A stretch of 64,000 nt of DNA, taken from assembly GCA_020724225.1 (NCBI GenBank), contig DYHI01000003.1, positions 1,103-65,102 on the forward strand, written 5' to 3'. The translations under genes were made by a program, and so were the position numbers. Under the pieces are notes generated by a model, which saw only the letters and a list, made by a program, of their open reading frames with translations, had not been told where the DNA came from and made no database searches. Positions 25,740-40,491 of this stretch are shown here, in pieces. Origin of the DNA: Candidatus Altimarinus sp. GTDB lineage: Bacteria; Patescibacteriota; Gracilibacteria; BD1-5; UBA6164. Each line of letters starts with the position of its first letter. Positions within the stretch are counted from its first letter, which is position 1.

Positions 25740-26237
25740 ATGACAAATATATCAGAAAGATTAAACAATACACTTACAAGCTTATTTATAGAAGATCAAT
25801 CTTGAGCATTGGAAGCAAGATTATTTGATTATGAAAGAGAAAAACAAAAAAATTGAAAAACAAAAGTTTCATTAGAAAAATTAAGAATAGATTTAGAAAG
25901 AAAACAAAAAGAAATTATTGATTTTGCTATTGATTTTGACCCTAGTCTTGAAAATATATGAATTAACCAGGAATACATTTGGAAATCAATAAAAATTAAT
26001 TCTGTAAATAAATATATATTAACATGATTAATTAAACAATTAATGCCATTTATGATAAAAGAAGAAATAGATAGATTTTATAAATTGTCCGAATTTCAAA
26101 TATATTTAACATTTTACAGAAAAGAAAAAAATTGACCTATACTAATCAAAAAAGTTGAATTAGTTGATTTAAATAAAAATAATGATAAAGAAAATTCGAA
26201 AAAATGATGAAATGATTACTTTATAGAAATTTCTTAG
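25740..26237 (+). CDS. Hypothetical protein (165 aa)
   Basis: Code-25 ORF MTNISERLNN... Confidence 0.6.
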
Positions 26238-26382
26238 ATTATACTAAGATTTTTTTATAATAAAAATACTTTTATAATAGTCAAGTAAAAACAATAACAA
26301 AATAACATATATTATTTGACTAAAAACTTTCATAGGTATATCATTATAGATGGTTCCAATTTATTTTTTAACTACAAAAAAT

Positions 26383-26688
26383 ATGGAAACAAAAACAAAT
26401 TTATGATTATCTAATAATGAAAGTGCTGATTTACTAAAAAAAGCTATGTTATATGATGTAAATCAAAGGCATATTGAACTACCACCAGAAGCAAATGCTT
26501 TTGCAAATAGCGAAAGAACTGATCTTGCAATAGTACAATTTTCTGAAATTATATTAAGTAAATTAGATCCAAAATCTAAACTATATGATTATCTGGCAAA
26601 TAATTCATCTTTTAATGTAAAACATCATCCAATTATTGCTAAAGCATTAAGGAATATAAATCTTAGTACTCAAAAAATTCTACATTAA
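26383..26688 (+). CDS. Hypothetical protein (101 aa)
   Basis: Code-25 ORF METKTNLGL...; TTGACT...TATCAT promoter-like signal upstream; AT-rich hairpin downstream. Confidence 0.6.
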
Positions 26689-27064
26689 TTTCATTTTAAA
26701 TAATCTAAATAAAACTTAAATTTAAAAATTAATTTAAGTTTTATTTTTTTACAAAATTTAGCACTTAGGGAAGTAATTACAAAAATCTAAATTAATTAAC
26801 ATAATAACAGTTATGGATTTATTCTTAGCTATAATAAGCCATTATACTATAAAATCATAATTCAGAAATCAGTTAAAAATAAACCTCGAAAAAGTTTTTA
26901 TTTAAACTTTATTTGTGAAAATAGAAAAATCAAAAACATTATCAATAATTAAATCAGAAAAATCCAAAGTAGGGTATAAAATTAGATACTTAAAGTACTT
27001 CACATAATGTTTCTTATGTGAATATATATTTTATAAAAATAAAAGATAGTGCTAATACTACCTT

Positions 27065-27613
27065 TTAATCATAAACAACTAAATCCATTGGTATATCATG
27101 TTTTTCAACTGGAAGTTTATCATCTGATAATACCTGAACTCAGAAACAAATTCAAATTTTAAAGATATCATTATTTTTTGATAAAAATTGATCATAATAT
27201 CCTCATCATTTTCAAACTCTTTTTCAACTTAAAGAAAATGCTAGTCAAGGTATAATTGCTACATCTATTTTTCCCTTATATAAATCACTTTCTTTAGGTT
27301 CCAGTATACCAAACTTTCAATGTACTAATTTGCATTTTTGTTTAAATTTAACTATTTCCATTTTATTTCATACAACTCTTGGAACTACAACATTTTTTCA
27401 CTTTTCTATAAAATGATTAATTAAATCAAAAGTTTGAACTTCGTCTTTTAAAGATACATAAATAAATATTGTATCAGCTTTTTTTATTTCTTTTAAATCT
27501 AATAATTTGTGATAGATTTTTTTTGATTTTTCTTCTATCACTGTAAAATCCATAGAATTTAATTGTTCTCTAACTAAAAACCTTATTTTAGTTTTTTGAA
27601 AATTATGTAACAT
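27065..27613 (-). CDS. ygfA: 5-formyltetrahydrofolate cyclo-ligase
   Basis: VVVPRV, FGILEP, IIPGLAF, RVGKGGGYYD. Confidence 0.93.
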
Positions 27614-27616
27614 ATT

Positions 27617-28666
27617 TTAATCTAATTTTATTAAATTTAATGATTTTAAGTTTTCATTATAAGTTTGTTCTGAAATTATTTTTCTATCAAATAATATTTC
27701 TAAATACTTATTCATAGTAATCATACCATCTTGACTTCAAGTTTCAATTGCACTATTAATTTGATGCGTACTTCATTTTCTTATCATATTTGCTATAGAT
27801 ATATTATTTACAAGTATTTCTATTGCAGGCACTCTTCCCTTTCCATCTGCTTTTTTTATAAGGTCTTGCCAAACAACTCATACAAGTGATTCACTTAATT
27901 GTTGTCTGATTTGATCTCTTTCATCTGCTGGAAACATATCTATTACCCTAGCTACTGTTCTAGCGGCACCAGAAGTATGAAGTGTTGCAAAAACTAAGTT
28001 TCAAGTCTCGGCAGCACGAAGAGCTAGTCTAAAAGTCTCTAAATCCCTCATTTCTCAAACCATAATAACATCTGGAGCTTGTCTAAGAGCATATTTTAAT
28101 CAATTATCAAAAGTTAATGTATTTACTCAAACTTCTCTTTGTTCCACTAATGATTTTTCACTTTGAAATACAAACTCTATAGGATCTTCTACTGTTATTA
28201 TATGTTTTTGTCTAGTTTTGTTTATATGATTTATAAGTGAAGCTAAAGTTGTACTTTTTCATGTACCTACAGCTCAAGTAACCAAAACCAAACCATTTTT
28301 TCTATTTGCAAAATTTAATATTTGAGCTGGTAAACCAAGTTTCTCAAAATTTGGTAATTCTGATTTTATAGGTCTAAAAACCAATCAATATCAATTTTTT
28401 TGACTAAATGCATTAACCCTAAATCTAGAATATCATTTTAAATCAATTGAAAAATCAAGTTCCATATTTGATTTAAATTTTTCTTTTTGAGTAGTAGACA
28501 TTATAGAAAGGATTTCATTTTCAAAGATATCTTTTTCTATAATTGGATAAGTGTTTAGATAAAAAACTTCACCATAAATTTTTAAACTAGGATAACTTCA
28601 TGTTGTGATAATTATATCAGATGCATCTTTTTCAAGAGCTTCTATAAGTATTTGTGAGATTAGCAT
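27617..28666 (-). CDS. Second PilT/PilU family pilus ATPase
   Basis: [46 protein letters not shown]. Confidence 0.92.
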
Positions 28667-28782
28667 ATAATAAAGTTAAATATATTACTTAAATTTTACC
28701 ACATAATCACAAATAAAACAAAAATTTTGACTAAAAATCATTTATAAATACAATACCTTTAATATTTTTTAAAAAGCACACT

Positions 28783-28900
28783 ATGAGGCTAGCACTACTT
28801 GAAACCGTTTTAACTAACTTCTTCTACCATAAGTAGTTCTATTTTCTTTGTGCAATTTAAAAGAAAATCTTCTACTTAAAAGTAGAAGATTTTTTATTTT
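28783..28900 (+). promoter_or_regulatory. Candidate attenuator leader of thrS (short ORF plus terminator hairpin)
   Basis: [20 protein letters not shown] 28783-28836; hairpin AAAATCTTCTACTT/AAGTAGAAGATTTT with T tract; TTGACT..TACAAT upstream. Confidence 0.45.
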
Positions 28901-28940
28901 TAAACTTATAACTACCTATTATCCACTAACAACTAATTTT

Positions 28941-30701
28941 ATGAACATCGAAACAAAAAGACACTCTCTAGCACACATAATGGCACAAGCAGTAAAAGAA
29001 ATGTACCCAAATGCAAAAATGGCTATTGGACCAGATATAGATAACTGATTTTATTATGATTTTGATTTTTGAAATGATGAATTTAAAGAAGAAAATCTGA
29101 AAGATTTAGAAAAAAAGATGAAAAAAATTATTTCTCAAAACCAAAAATTTGAACAATATGATTTTCCATACGATGAAGCTGTTAAATTTTTGAAAGAAAA
29201 GTGAGAAGATTACAAAATAGAAATGGCTACAGAGCTGAAAAATAAATGAATAGAAAATATAAGTTTCTACAAAAACATTATGCAAAACTGAAATGAAAGT
29301 TTTGTAGATATGTGTTCATGACCTCACGTAGATAATACAAATAAAATAGATGCAAATGCTTTTACTCTTGATAAAATAGCCTGAGCTTACTGGAAATGAG
29401 ATTCAAACAATAAAATGTTAACTAGAATTTATGCATTTGCGTTTGATACAAAAGAAGAATTAGATAATCACATAAAAATGATTGAAGAAGCTAAAAGAAG
29501 AGATCATAGAGTTATTTGAGAAAAACTTAAGCTTTTTACTATTTCAAAACTTGTTTGAGCTTGACTTCCCCTTATACAACCAAATTGAATGATTATAAGA
29601 AAAGAAGTAGAAGATTATTTATGGGATTTACATAAAGGTAAATGATATTCTAGAGTTTGGACTCCACACTTAGCAAAAGAAGATTTATACAAAACATCAG
29701 GTCATGCGGAAAAATTTGGTGATGAGATATTTAAAGTACAAGGGCTTGATGACAATTTCTTCTTAAAGCCTATGAATTGTCCTCATCATATGCAAATATT
29801 TGCTGACAATTTTTTCTCTTACCGCGATATGCCAATCAGATATTTTGAACCAGCAACAGTTTATAGAGATGAAAAAACAGGACAATTATCAGGACTTACA
29901 AGAGTTAGATCTATAACTCAAGATGATTGACATCTTTTCTGTAGAGTAAATCAAATATCCGATGAGGTATGAGTAATAGTTTCTATTATAAAAGAATTTT
30001 ACTGAACAATGGGGATGCTTGACTGATATTGGGTTAGATTATCTATAAGATGACCCGAGTGAAAATACTTATGAGGAGATGATGTATGGAAAAAAGCAGA
30101 ATGAGCACTTAGAAGTGCAGCAGAAAAATATGAACTTCCTTACAAAGTTTGAATCTGAGAAGCAGCATTTTACTGACCAAAACTAGACTTTATGTTTAAA
30201 GATGCAATTGGTAGAGAATGGCAACTTGCTACAATACAATGTGATTTCAATCTACCAGAAAGATTTGATTTAAGTTATATAAACGAACAAAATGAAAAAG
30301 AAAGACCAGTAGTTATTCATAGAGCTATTTCTTGAAGTTTGGAAAGATTTATGTGAGTTATGATAGAGCACTTTGCTTGAGTATTCCCTCTTTGGTTAGC
30401 TCCAAAACAAGTTATAATTGTTCCTGTTTCAGATAAATTTGATTCGTATGCAAAAAAAGTTGAAGATAGTTTTAAATCAGAATGAGTAAGAGTTAGTACA
30501 GATTATAGTTCAGATTGATTGAATAAAAAAGTAAGAAATGCAGAAAAAATGCATATAAACTATATACTTGTAGTTTGAGAACAAGAAGAGGCAAATAATA
30601 CTGTTTCAATAAGAAATTATAAAACAAAAGAACAAAAAGTAACTTCATTAAACGATTTTATAAAAGAAGTAGTTTCTGAAATAAATGAAAGAAAATTATA
30701 A
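28941..30701 (+). CDS. thrS: Threonine--tRNA ligase (lacking N-terminal TGS domain)
   Basis: [52 protein letters not shown]. Confidence 0.98.
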
Positions 30702-30715
30702 TGAGATTGAATACT

Positions 30716-30792
30716 ATGTTATTCCAGACTTTATCCAGAATCATTAAATATATTTTACCTTTTTATAATCCTAAATCACAAGTTCAGGATGA
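30716..30792. repeat. Degenerate REP-like doublet downstream of thrS
   Basis: GTTATTCCAGACTTTATCCAGAATC ... AATCCTAAATCACAAGTTCAGGATGA. Confidence 0.5.
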
Positions 30793-30832
30793 AAAAATTT
30801 AAATATTTACTTTTTAATCTTTTTATCAATTT

Positions 30833-31522
30833 ATGAAAATATTTTTCCTAATATTAGTGCCAATATTTTTACTTACATCATGTTTTACAGATAAAAAAGA
30901 AGAAGTTAAAAATGAAACAATAAAAAAACATCTTGAAACTAAAGCTCTAGAAGAAAAAAATAAATTTGAAGAAACAAAAAAACGGGAAAAAGTTGAAGGA
31001 TTTACTTGATTTTTATGTTTTAGTGAAGAGTTAACTTGAACTTGATTTATAGAGAAAATTGAAACAAAAAATTGTAAAAATGAAACCTGAAAATGAGAAA
31101 TATATTTTAAACTAGAATGAGAGAATCTAGTTAAATACAACGAATTACAAGAAAAGGAATTTATAATAAAATATATTGAAAAAAAAGAAAAAGAATTTAT
31201 ATGAATTTCAATAAAAAAGGAAATAATTTGAAATTTTAAAAATGTTTTAGATAAACAATCATGCCTTCATAAACAAGAAAAAAAGAAAACAATATTAAAA
31301 GATGATGATAACATTGTGATTTATAGCATATCAGCATTTTGATATTACAAAAAAGAAGCAGATGATCATTTAAAAATAGATAATACAATACAAGTATGTG
31401 AATGATATTATCCAAGTTGAAAATTTATTGTATTTAATAAAAATAATCAGAAATGATTTCGGTCAATAAAAGAAGATAAACTAGTTAATATAGATACTTT
31501 AAAAGTAAAAACTAAAAAATAA
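30833..31522 (+). CDS. Hypothetical lipoprotein
   Basis: Signal peptide with lipobox LTSC; several Cys. Confidence 0.7.
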
Positions 31523-31547
31523 AATATTAAATATGAAAAATACTCTT

Positions 31548-32453
31548 TTATAAATTTGTAAAAGAGTATTTTTGTTTAAAATTTTGGGTTAAAAATATAT
31601 TTTTATTACTTCAAAGAAGTATTCAATCAATTCAATTTTTTATCATGAATTCTTTTCATTTATCCATTCACATTGCAAAAATTGCTGTTGCAAGAGAATC
31701 ACTTATATAACATTTTGGAGCAATTATAGTTATCCCAACCAAAGATTTTTCATTTTCTCAAGTATTTGGATTAACTATATGATGATATTTTTTTCAATCA
31801 ATAGTCCAATGTCTTTTATATGATCACGAACTTGATATAGAAATATTTGTTAGCTTTATACTTCAAACATGTCATGAATTATAAGGATTTTCTACTCATA
31901 TTACCCATTTTTTTCATTCGTTATTAAATCATTTAATAAATATATCACCTCAAGCATTAACTAAAAAATTTTTATATCAAAATTCTTCAAGCTTTTTTGA
32001 AATTAAATCTACTAAATATCATTTTGCAATTCACCCAAAATCTAGATTTTGGTTATATTTTAACTTTAATTCATTTCAATTAATTATTACTTTTTCTAAA
32101 TCTAAGTTTTCTTCTTGTTTAACTATCTCAAAATTGTTATCATTAAAACTATTTGTATATCATATATTTTTCAAATTTAAAAGTGGATTGAAAAATCATT
32201 TTGTAAATCTATATATAAGTAAAGATTTATTAAATATATCCAAAAAAGTATCTGAAACTTCCAAAGTTTTTTCTAAATTTAATTTATTTAATGATGAATT
32301 ATTTATAAATCTAGAAAATTCATTTTCATATTGATCTATAAATTTCCACAAAAAAGAGATATTTTTATTTATTTCTATCTCTTTTTCTTCATCTTCAATG
32401 ATTACAACTTCAATTACTGTTCAAAGTTTTTTTCAACTAAAATTATATTTCAC
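31548..32453 (-). CDS. apbE: FAD:protein FMN transferase
   Basis: FSRF..NS, DFGGIAKGY, NAGGDI, SSSGSYKR, HIVNP, DSLATA; GTG start. Confidence 0.93.
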
Positions 32454-32481
32454 TAAAATTATATTTTTAAAATAATCTATA

Positions 32482-32790
32482 TTATTCAGGTTTAGGTAAA
32501 CTTGCTCAAGTTGTCGCATCTATGTATTTATTAGCCTCAACATTAGATTCTATTGCTTCCTCATTATTTTTTTCACCTAATTTATTGTTTTCTATTCAAT
32601 CATTACCTCATACAGATTCTTCTATTTTTTTACTTTCTTCAAGTTTAGAATTTTCTACTTCTACTCATAAGTTATTTTGTTCTTCTAAATCATTTGGAAT
32701 TTCATTTTCTATTTTTATTTCTTCAACTTCTTTATTTGTACATGAAACCAAAAATACAGATACTAATAATGCATAAAAAAATTTTTTCAT
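32482..32790 (-). CDS. Small acidic lipoprotein with C-terminal flavinylation motif
   Basis: Lipobox LVSC, Glu/Asn/Lys-rich linker, ends YIDATTGASLPKPE; directly upstream of apbE. Confidence 0.8.
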
Positions 32791-32883
32791 TTTATTAAAA
32801 AATAATGATATAAAATACAAAATAATATTACTAAATATACAATATTTTACAAATAAAAAATATATTTAAACTTTAAAATAAGT

Positions 32884-33456
32884 TTAAGAAAATATTTTTT
32901 TTATTGTGTCATATGTAAATCATTTTCTTAACAACCTCTCTATTATCTTATTTTTTTCATATTTTCATTTTATTTTTTCATATTCCAATCTAATATTTTC
33001 AAGTTCACTATCTGTTGAAAAAAATTCATCTAAATTTTGATTTATTATGTTTTTATCTTCATTTCTTTCAAATAATTTTTGAAAAATATAATTTCTACTT
33101 TTTCATTTATTTTTATAATCAATTATCTTTCTTTTTATGTAATCATTATTGAGTAAAGTTTCATCTAAATTAAACTTATTTTTCAAAATTTCTTCATAAT
33201 CTGATTTCTCAAATCATTTTTCAAAAAGTTTTGACTTGATATAAGATAAATTTTTATTTCTACCAATATAAAATCTGATTTTTGCTTCAATAACTTGTTT
33301 TTCAGCAATTATACTATCCATACTTTTTAAAACGGATAAAACTTGTTTTTCATCTCAAGAAGTTTTTTTCAAAAGTTTTTCACTTAGCTTTTTTACAGAT
33401 GGATAATATTTAAGATAATAATTTAAAGCATAATTTCTAAGGTATTCAAAATTCAT
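32884..33456 (-). CDS. recX: RecX family protein
   Basis: YALNYYLKYYPS, KLFEKGF, RLLRKGFTYD. Confidence 0.75.
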
Positions 33457-33581
33457 AATAGTATTTTAAAAAATACTTTTTTATTATATAAACTTTTCCA
33501 CTTTTAACAAGCCAATATTTTTGCAAAATTGGTATCAAAAAGATATAATAAAACCACTAAATTATTTTTTAAAATACTTTT

Positions 33582-35213
33582 ATGTCTCTATGACTTATTT
33601 CAACACTGACTATGTGACTTTTGTCAGCATTTGTCTTTGTAATTATATTTTTTGTTAACTTTTTTGGATGAATTGATGCATGAATCTGACCTATGTTAAT
33701 ATTTATAGTTTGATTTAACTTAATATTGTGGCTTATATCCCCTACTATATCAGATATAATGTACAAATGGTTATACAAAGTGTCTTGGATTTCTATTGAT
33801 GATATCGCTCTAGAATCACCAAAAACTGCAGAAATAATCAAAAAAATATGTAGTGAAAACAATATAAAAATCCCAAAATTCTGAATGATACCAGATGAAA
33901 ATCCTACAGCATTTACTTATGGATCAGGAAAATGGAATGCAAGGATAATTATCTCTCACGGTATAATAAGCTTCCTAAATGATGAAGAAAGATGAGCCGT
34001 TTACGCACATGAACTAGGACATATAAAAAACAATGATTTTATCATAATGACAATAGCTTCTACTCTTCTTCAAATACTTTATGAAATCTACGTAATATTT
34101 GCAAAAAATTCAAAATGAAATAAAAATAAAGAAAAATTAGCTATAGTATGACTTGTATCATATGCTTTCTATTTTATCTGACAATATGTACTTTTATATC
34201 TTTCTCGTACAAGAGAATATTTTGCTGACGAATTTGGTGCAAAGTATGCAGATCCAAACAGACTTGCAGATGCACTTATAAAAATAGCTTATGGTATACT
34301 TACAACTCCATCAAACAATAGACTTGTAGAATCAACAAAATTTATAGGTATTGCAAATGATAAAATGGCTAAATGAATTTGAATGCTTTATTATAATGTA
34401 TGACAAGATGATACAAATGATTTGATAGAAAAATCATTTTTGTATGATTTGAAAAGTCCATGGGCATTCATAACTGAGTTTACGTCTACTCACCCACTAA
34501 CTTGAAAAAGAATTGATAGACTTATGACATTAACTTCAGCTCCAAAATATGATATAAAAGCAATTGAAGAGAAATTTCCAGTTGATAAACAAAAACTTTA
34601 TTCTTGATTTGGGATGGATTTAGCATTCTTATTATCTACAACTTTGATGCCATTTTTATTTGCATTTATATGATTGGTAGTATTTTTTAGTAGCGAATCA
34701 GTTCCATTAATGGCTCTTGCTTGACTTATAATGGGTTATTGAGTTGCAACTTTGGTTAGAACATTTTGGGCATTTCCAAACACTAATTGAGAACCTACAA
34801 AAACTACAGTTTTGGAACTTATGTCAGATGTATATGCTTCACCAGTAAAATGAAAAACAGTAACTCTAACAGGAACAATAATTGGTAAATGAAATCCTTG
34901 ATATATATTTTCTGAAGATGTTATGTTCAAAGATGAAACATGATTAATGCATCTTGATTATCAAAGTAAAATTCCTTTGATTTGAAATCTAATATTTTCG
35001 CTTACAAAAGTACAAAAATTTATCTGACAAGCTGTAGTAACTACTTGATGGTTTTTCAGATGAGTTTCACACTATACAGTAGTAAATGAATTAAACTCAA
35101 CTGACGGAACACTTAAAGCATCAGGATGAGTAAAATTTTGGTGAGTTATTATATGATTTGTACTTGTATGAGTTTGAGTATGATTATGAATAATGTGACT
35201 TAGTCCAATGTAA
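33582..35213 (+). CDS. HtpX/M48 zinc metalloprotease with C-terminal extension
   Basis: PTAFTYG, AVYAHELGHIKNND, SRTREYFAD, STHP. Confidence 0.92.
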
Positions 35214-35244
35214 AAAATAAAAGAGTTAAAATGATTTAACTCTT

Positions 35245-35943
35245 TTATTTTTTCATATAATATTTTTTCTTTTCTATATCCAATCTCTCAATAGCATACC
35301 TAAGCATAGTTCTTGACATAGTTTTATGAAACTTTTCTAGAAAATCACACAAAACTTTTTCATCTTTTTTCCCTACTTCTCTGAGCATCCAACCACATGC
35401 TTTTTGTATCAAATCATGTTTGTCACAAAGAAGTATTTCGCAGATTTTCAAAGTATCTTGAAAATCTCAATGTCTTAAGAAATAAAATGTAGTCAAAATA
35501 GCAACTCTTCTTTCCCAAATAATATCTGAAATAGTAAGTTTATATATTATACTTCTATCTTTATCAAAAAAATATTCTCAAAAAACATAAGGTATATAGC
35601 TATCAACTAAATCCCAATTATTTATATATCATAAATTTTTAAATGAAAAATTTATAATTTTTTCTCTTTCTATTAAATCTTTAGCTTTCAAAAAATTTAG
35701 TTTCAAAATTGCCAGTGATAGATACCTTTCTTCATGTATTTTGGAACAGAATAATTTTTGTATATCTTCAAATTTTAAGTCAATGTATTTTTTTGCTATT
35801 TTTTTAAGTTCAGGAACAGTGATTCATAAAAAAACATCTCATTCTCAGTATTCTCAAGGTCAAGTTTTGAAAAATCTTTGCAAAGTTTGAGCTTTGTAAG
35901 GATTTTTGAGAGAGTTTAGGTCTTGGAGTAAATAGTTTAACAT
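35245..35943 (-). CDS. DNA alkylation repair protein (AlkD-like)
   Basis: FFKTGPGEYGEGD, NNWDLVD, IQKACGWMLRE, RTMLRYAIE. Confidence 0.92.
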
Positions 35944-35955
35944 AAAAAATATTAA

Positions 35956-36747
35956 TTATTTTTTTAAATCTAAAGCAACTTCTTTCAAAAATCATATATC
36001 TAAAAATCAAGTAAATCTTCTTTTATCAAAAGGATTATCAAAACCATTAATAATAAATGATAAATATATATATAAAAATGAAATTAAAAATAGCATCACT
36101 GATTCCTCAAGAATAACAAAAACATCTGTTGATCAAGTTCAAATATCTAGAAAAAGTAATATTGCAATAACTATAAAAGTTATAAAATTTTTCAATGAAT
36201 ATACTATTGATGGTAAGGCACTTTTATCTTTAATATCTGAAATTCTTAAAAATCATTTTTTTACTATAGAAATTTCTTGTTTTAAACGAATTATATGATT
36301 TGCTGTTATTCATAATTTTTCTCAATTTGAAATAATTATCATCATATTATGAAATAATTCATCATTATTATATTGTATATCATCTGCTATAAAGTTATAA
36401 AAATTCATAAGTATTTTTGAAAAATCTTCTCATAATCATTTTTCGTCAAAATCATTTTTTAGTATTTTAAAATATTTTATATCATCTTTTATATTATTAA
36501 TAGAATTTTTAATATCAGTTAAAATTCTTTCACTTTCTTTATATTCTGAAATAAGAGGTGCTAAAATAAATCAATAAATAAAAATAACCGATGATAATAT
36601 AGATCAATAAATTGATATCGGTTCAATAAATTGATAATGATCTGGAATATATAATTTTAGTATCACTAATAAACTTGATAATAAAAATGCTGATAAAAAT
36701 ACTCATCTTATAAATATTTTTCTAAATTTTTTATTTACTTTTTTCAT
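35956..36747 (-). CDS. Membrane protein (DUF4239/bestrophin-like)
   Basis: Four hydrophobic segments, EYKESE, FDNPF. Confidence 0.6.
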
Positions 36748-36764
36748 ATGTTATTAATTATTAT

Positions 36765-38993
<2,229 letters not shown>

Positions 38994-39359
38994 AATTATA
39001 ACAATTACTACCTAGGATTTTTGCTAAGGTAAAATAAAATATAAATAAATTTTAATCAATATAAATTCATTTTCAATTCTATTTTATTTTTTACAACTTT
39101 TTAACTATTTGAAATTTATTAACTTTTCTTGTTTACATTTTTTATACAAAAACCAATTTTTAAAACAAAAAATCATATATTTTTATCGAAAAAATAGTAG
39201 AAAAATCATGTATTTCCTGTAAAATAATAAAAGTTTATCGAAAATTATTTTCGCTATATTAAGCCAGAATTACAATACATATATTTTAAACAACATAATA
39301 TTATATTTCGTCAAGCTTATTTTTTGGCAATTAAAATTAATTCCAGGTATAATATATAT

Positions 39360-39860
39360 GTATTAAGTTAAGTTCTTTTACATTTTCTTACTCTCCTAGA
39401 TGGGAAATACAAAACCTAGTATCACTCCCTAGTAAACATAAGTTTACTCAACCAAACCAAAAAAACACAAAAATAAAAACAAAAACAAGGTGTTAGCGGT
39501 AAGATAAATTATGTCCGTCTTTCTCAAATTAATTTTTGACAGAAAGTTGGTTTTATAAGACGGATATTATTTATCTTCAAACATACCTTCAAAAAAATAA
39601 AAAATTAAAAAATTTTTTAAAACAAAAAACAAAAGAGCATGGTGAATAGCTCTTAAATAATTACCCAAGGATAGTAAGAAAGGTGTAGGATAAAGTTCTA
39701 ATGAATCTTTACCTATACCAAACCGTAATAAAGGTTATTACAAAAACTAAATCCTTTTTCCCCTGGACAACTAAACATATTTATATAGTCCAGGCATGTG
39801 AAACTGGATTATATAAAAAAGCTAAGTCCCTTCTACCAAGAATACTTAGCTAATTTTTTT
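39360..39860 (+). ncRNA. Candidate large structured non-coding RNA (family not recognised)
   Basis: No ORF longer than ~16 codons on + strand; promoter-like TGGCAA-17-TATAAT at 39325-39353; about eight stem-loops separated by A-rich linkers; terminal hairpin plus T run. Confidence 0.55.
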
Positions 39861-39880
39861 GTTTAAATTTTTAAACAAAA

Positions 39881-39909
39881 AAAATACCAATATCAGTATA
39901 TTGGTATTT
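39881..39909 (-). terminator. Intrinsic terminator of efp
   Basis: AAATACCAATAT-CAGT-ATATTGGTATTT preceded by A run. Confidence 0.7.
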
Positions 39910-39921
39910 AAATAATTTAGA

Positions 39922-40470
39922 TTATTTAACTTTCTCCATAAAATCTCCTGTAGAAGTATTTACAACTATTTCATCTCAAACTTCAATATTTCAAGGAACT
40001 CCTATTTTCAATCAAGTATCTGTAACTGCATCTTTCATATAATTTCATGATGAAGTTAAATCAACTTCTGCAATTTTTAATTTTACATAAGTAGGCAATA
40101 TAATTCAAACAAATTTTCATTCATATTGTTGTATATCAATTGTACTTCATTCTACTAAGTAAAATTTCATATCTCCTATATCATCATCATTTAGTTCTAT
40201 TTGTTCATAAGTTTCTTGATTCATAAATACAAACATTCAAGACGATTCATACAAAAATTCAAAAGTTGTTCTTTCTAAAATAACATCATTTAATTTATCC
40301 TCACCTGAAAAAACTCTATCAGTAGATCATCAATTTGATATATTTTTTAATCTCATTTTTATCGTTGTTGCTCATCTACCTGCTCTATGGAACTCCCATT
40401 TATTTACAAAGAATAAATCTCAATCTATATCAAGTACTGTACCTGGTTTTGCATCAAATGCTGTTTTCAT
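39922..40470 (-). CDS. efp: Elongation factor P (Arg at loop tip)
   Basis: MKTAFDAKPG, FHRAGRGATT, FMNQETYEQ, VVNTSTGDF. Confidence 0.93.
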
Positions 40471-40491
40471 AAGTGTTATTTAAAAAATAAA

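Noticed and set aside
26690..27064. 6S RNA next to ygfA
   Set aside because: Region is downstream of ygfA rather than upstream, and I could not find a long rod with a central bubble
28760..28940. T-box riboswitch before thrS
   Set aside because: No T-box consensus or stem I motifs, and the leader is short
38994..39330. Replication origin in the large intergenic gap
   Set aside because: No TTATCCACA DnaA boxes and no dnaA/dnaN; only two TTTATCGAAAA copies of unknown meaning
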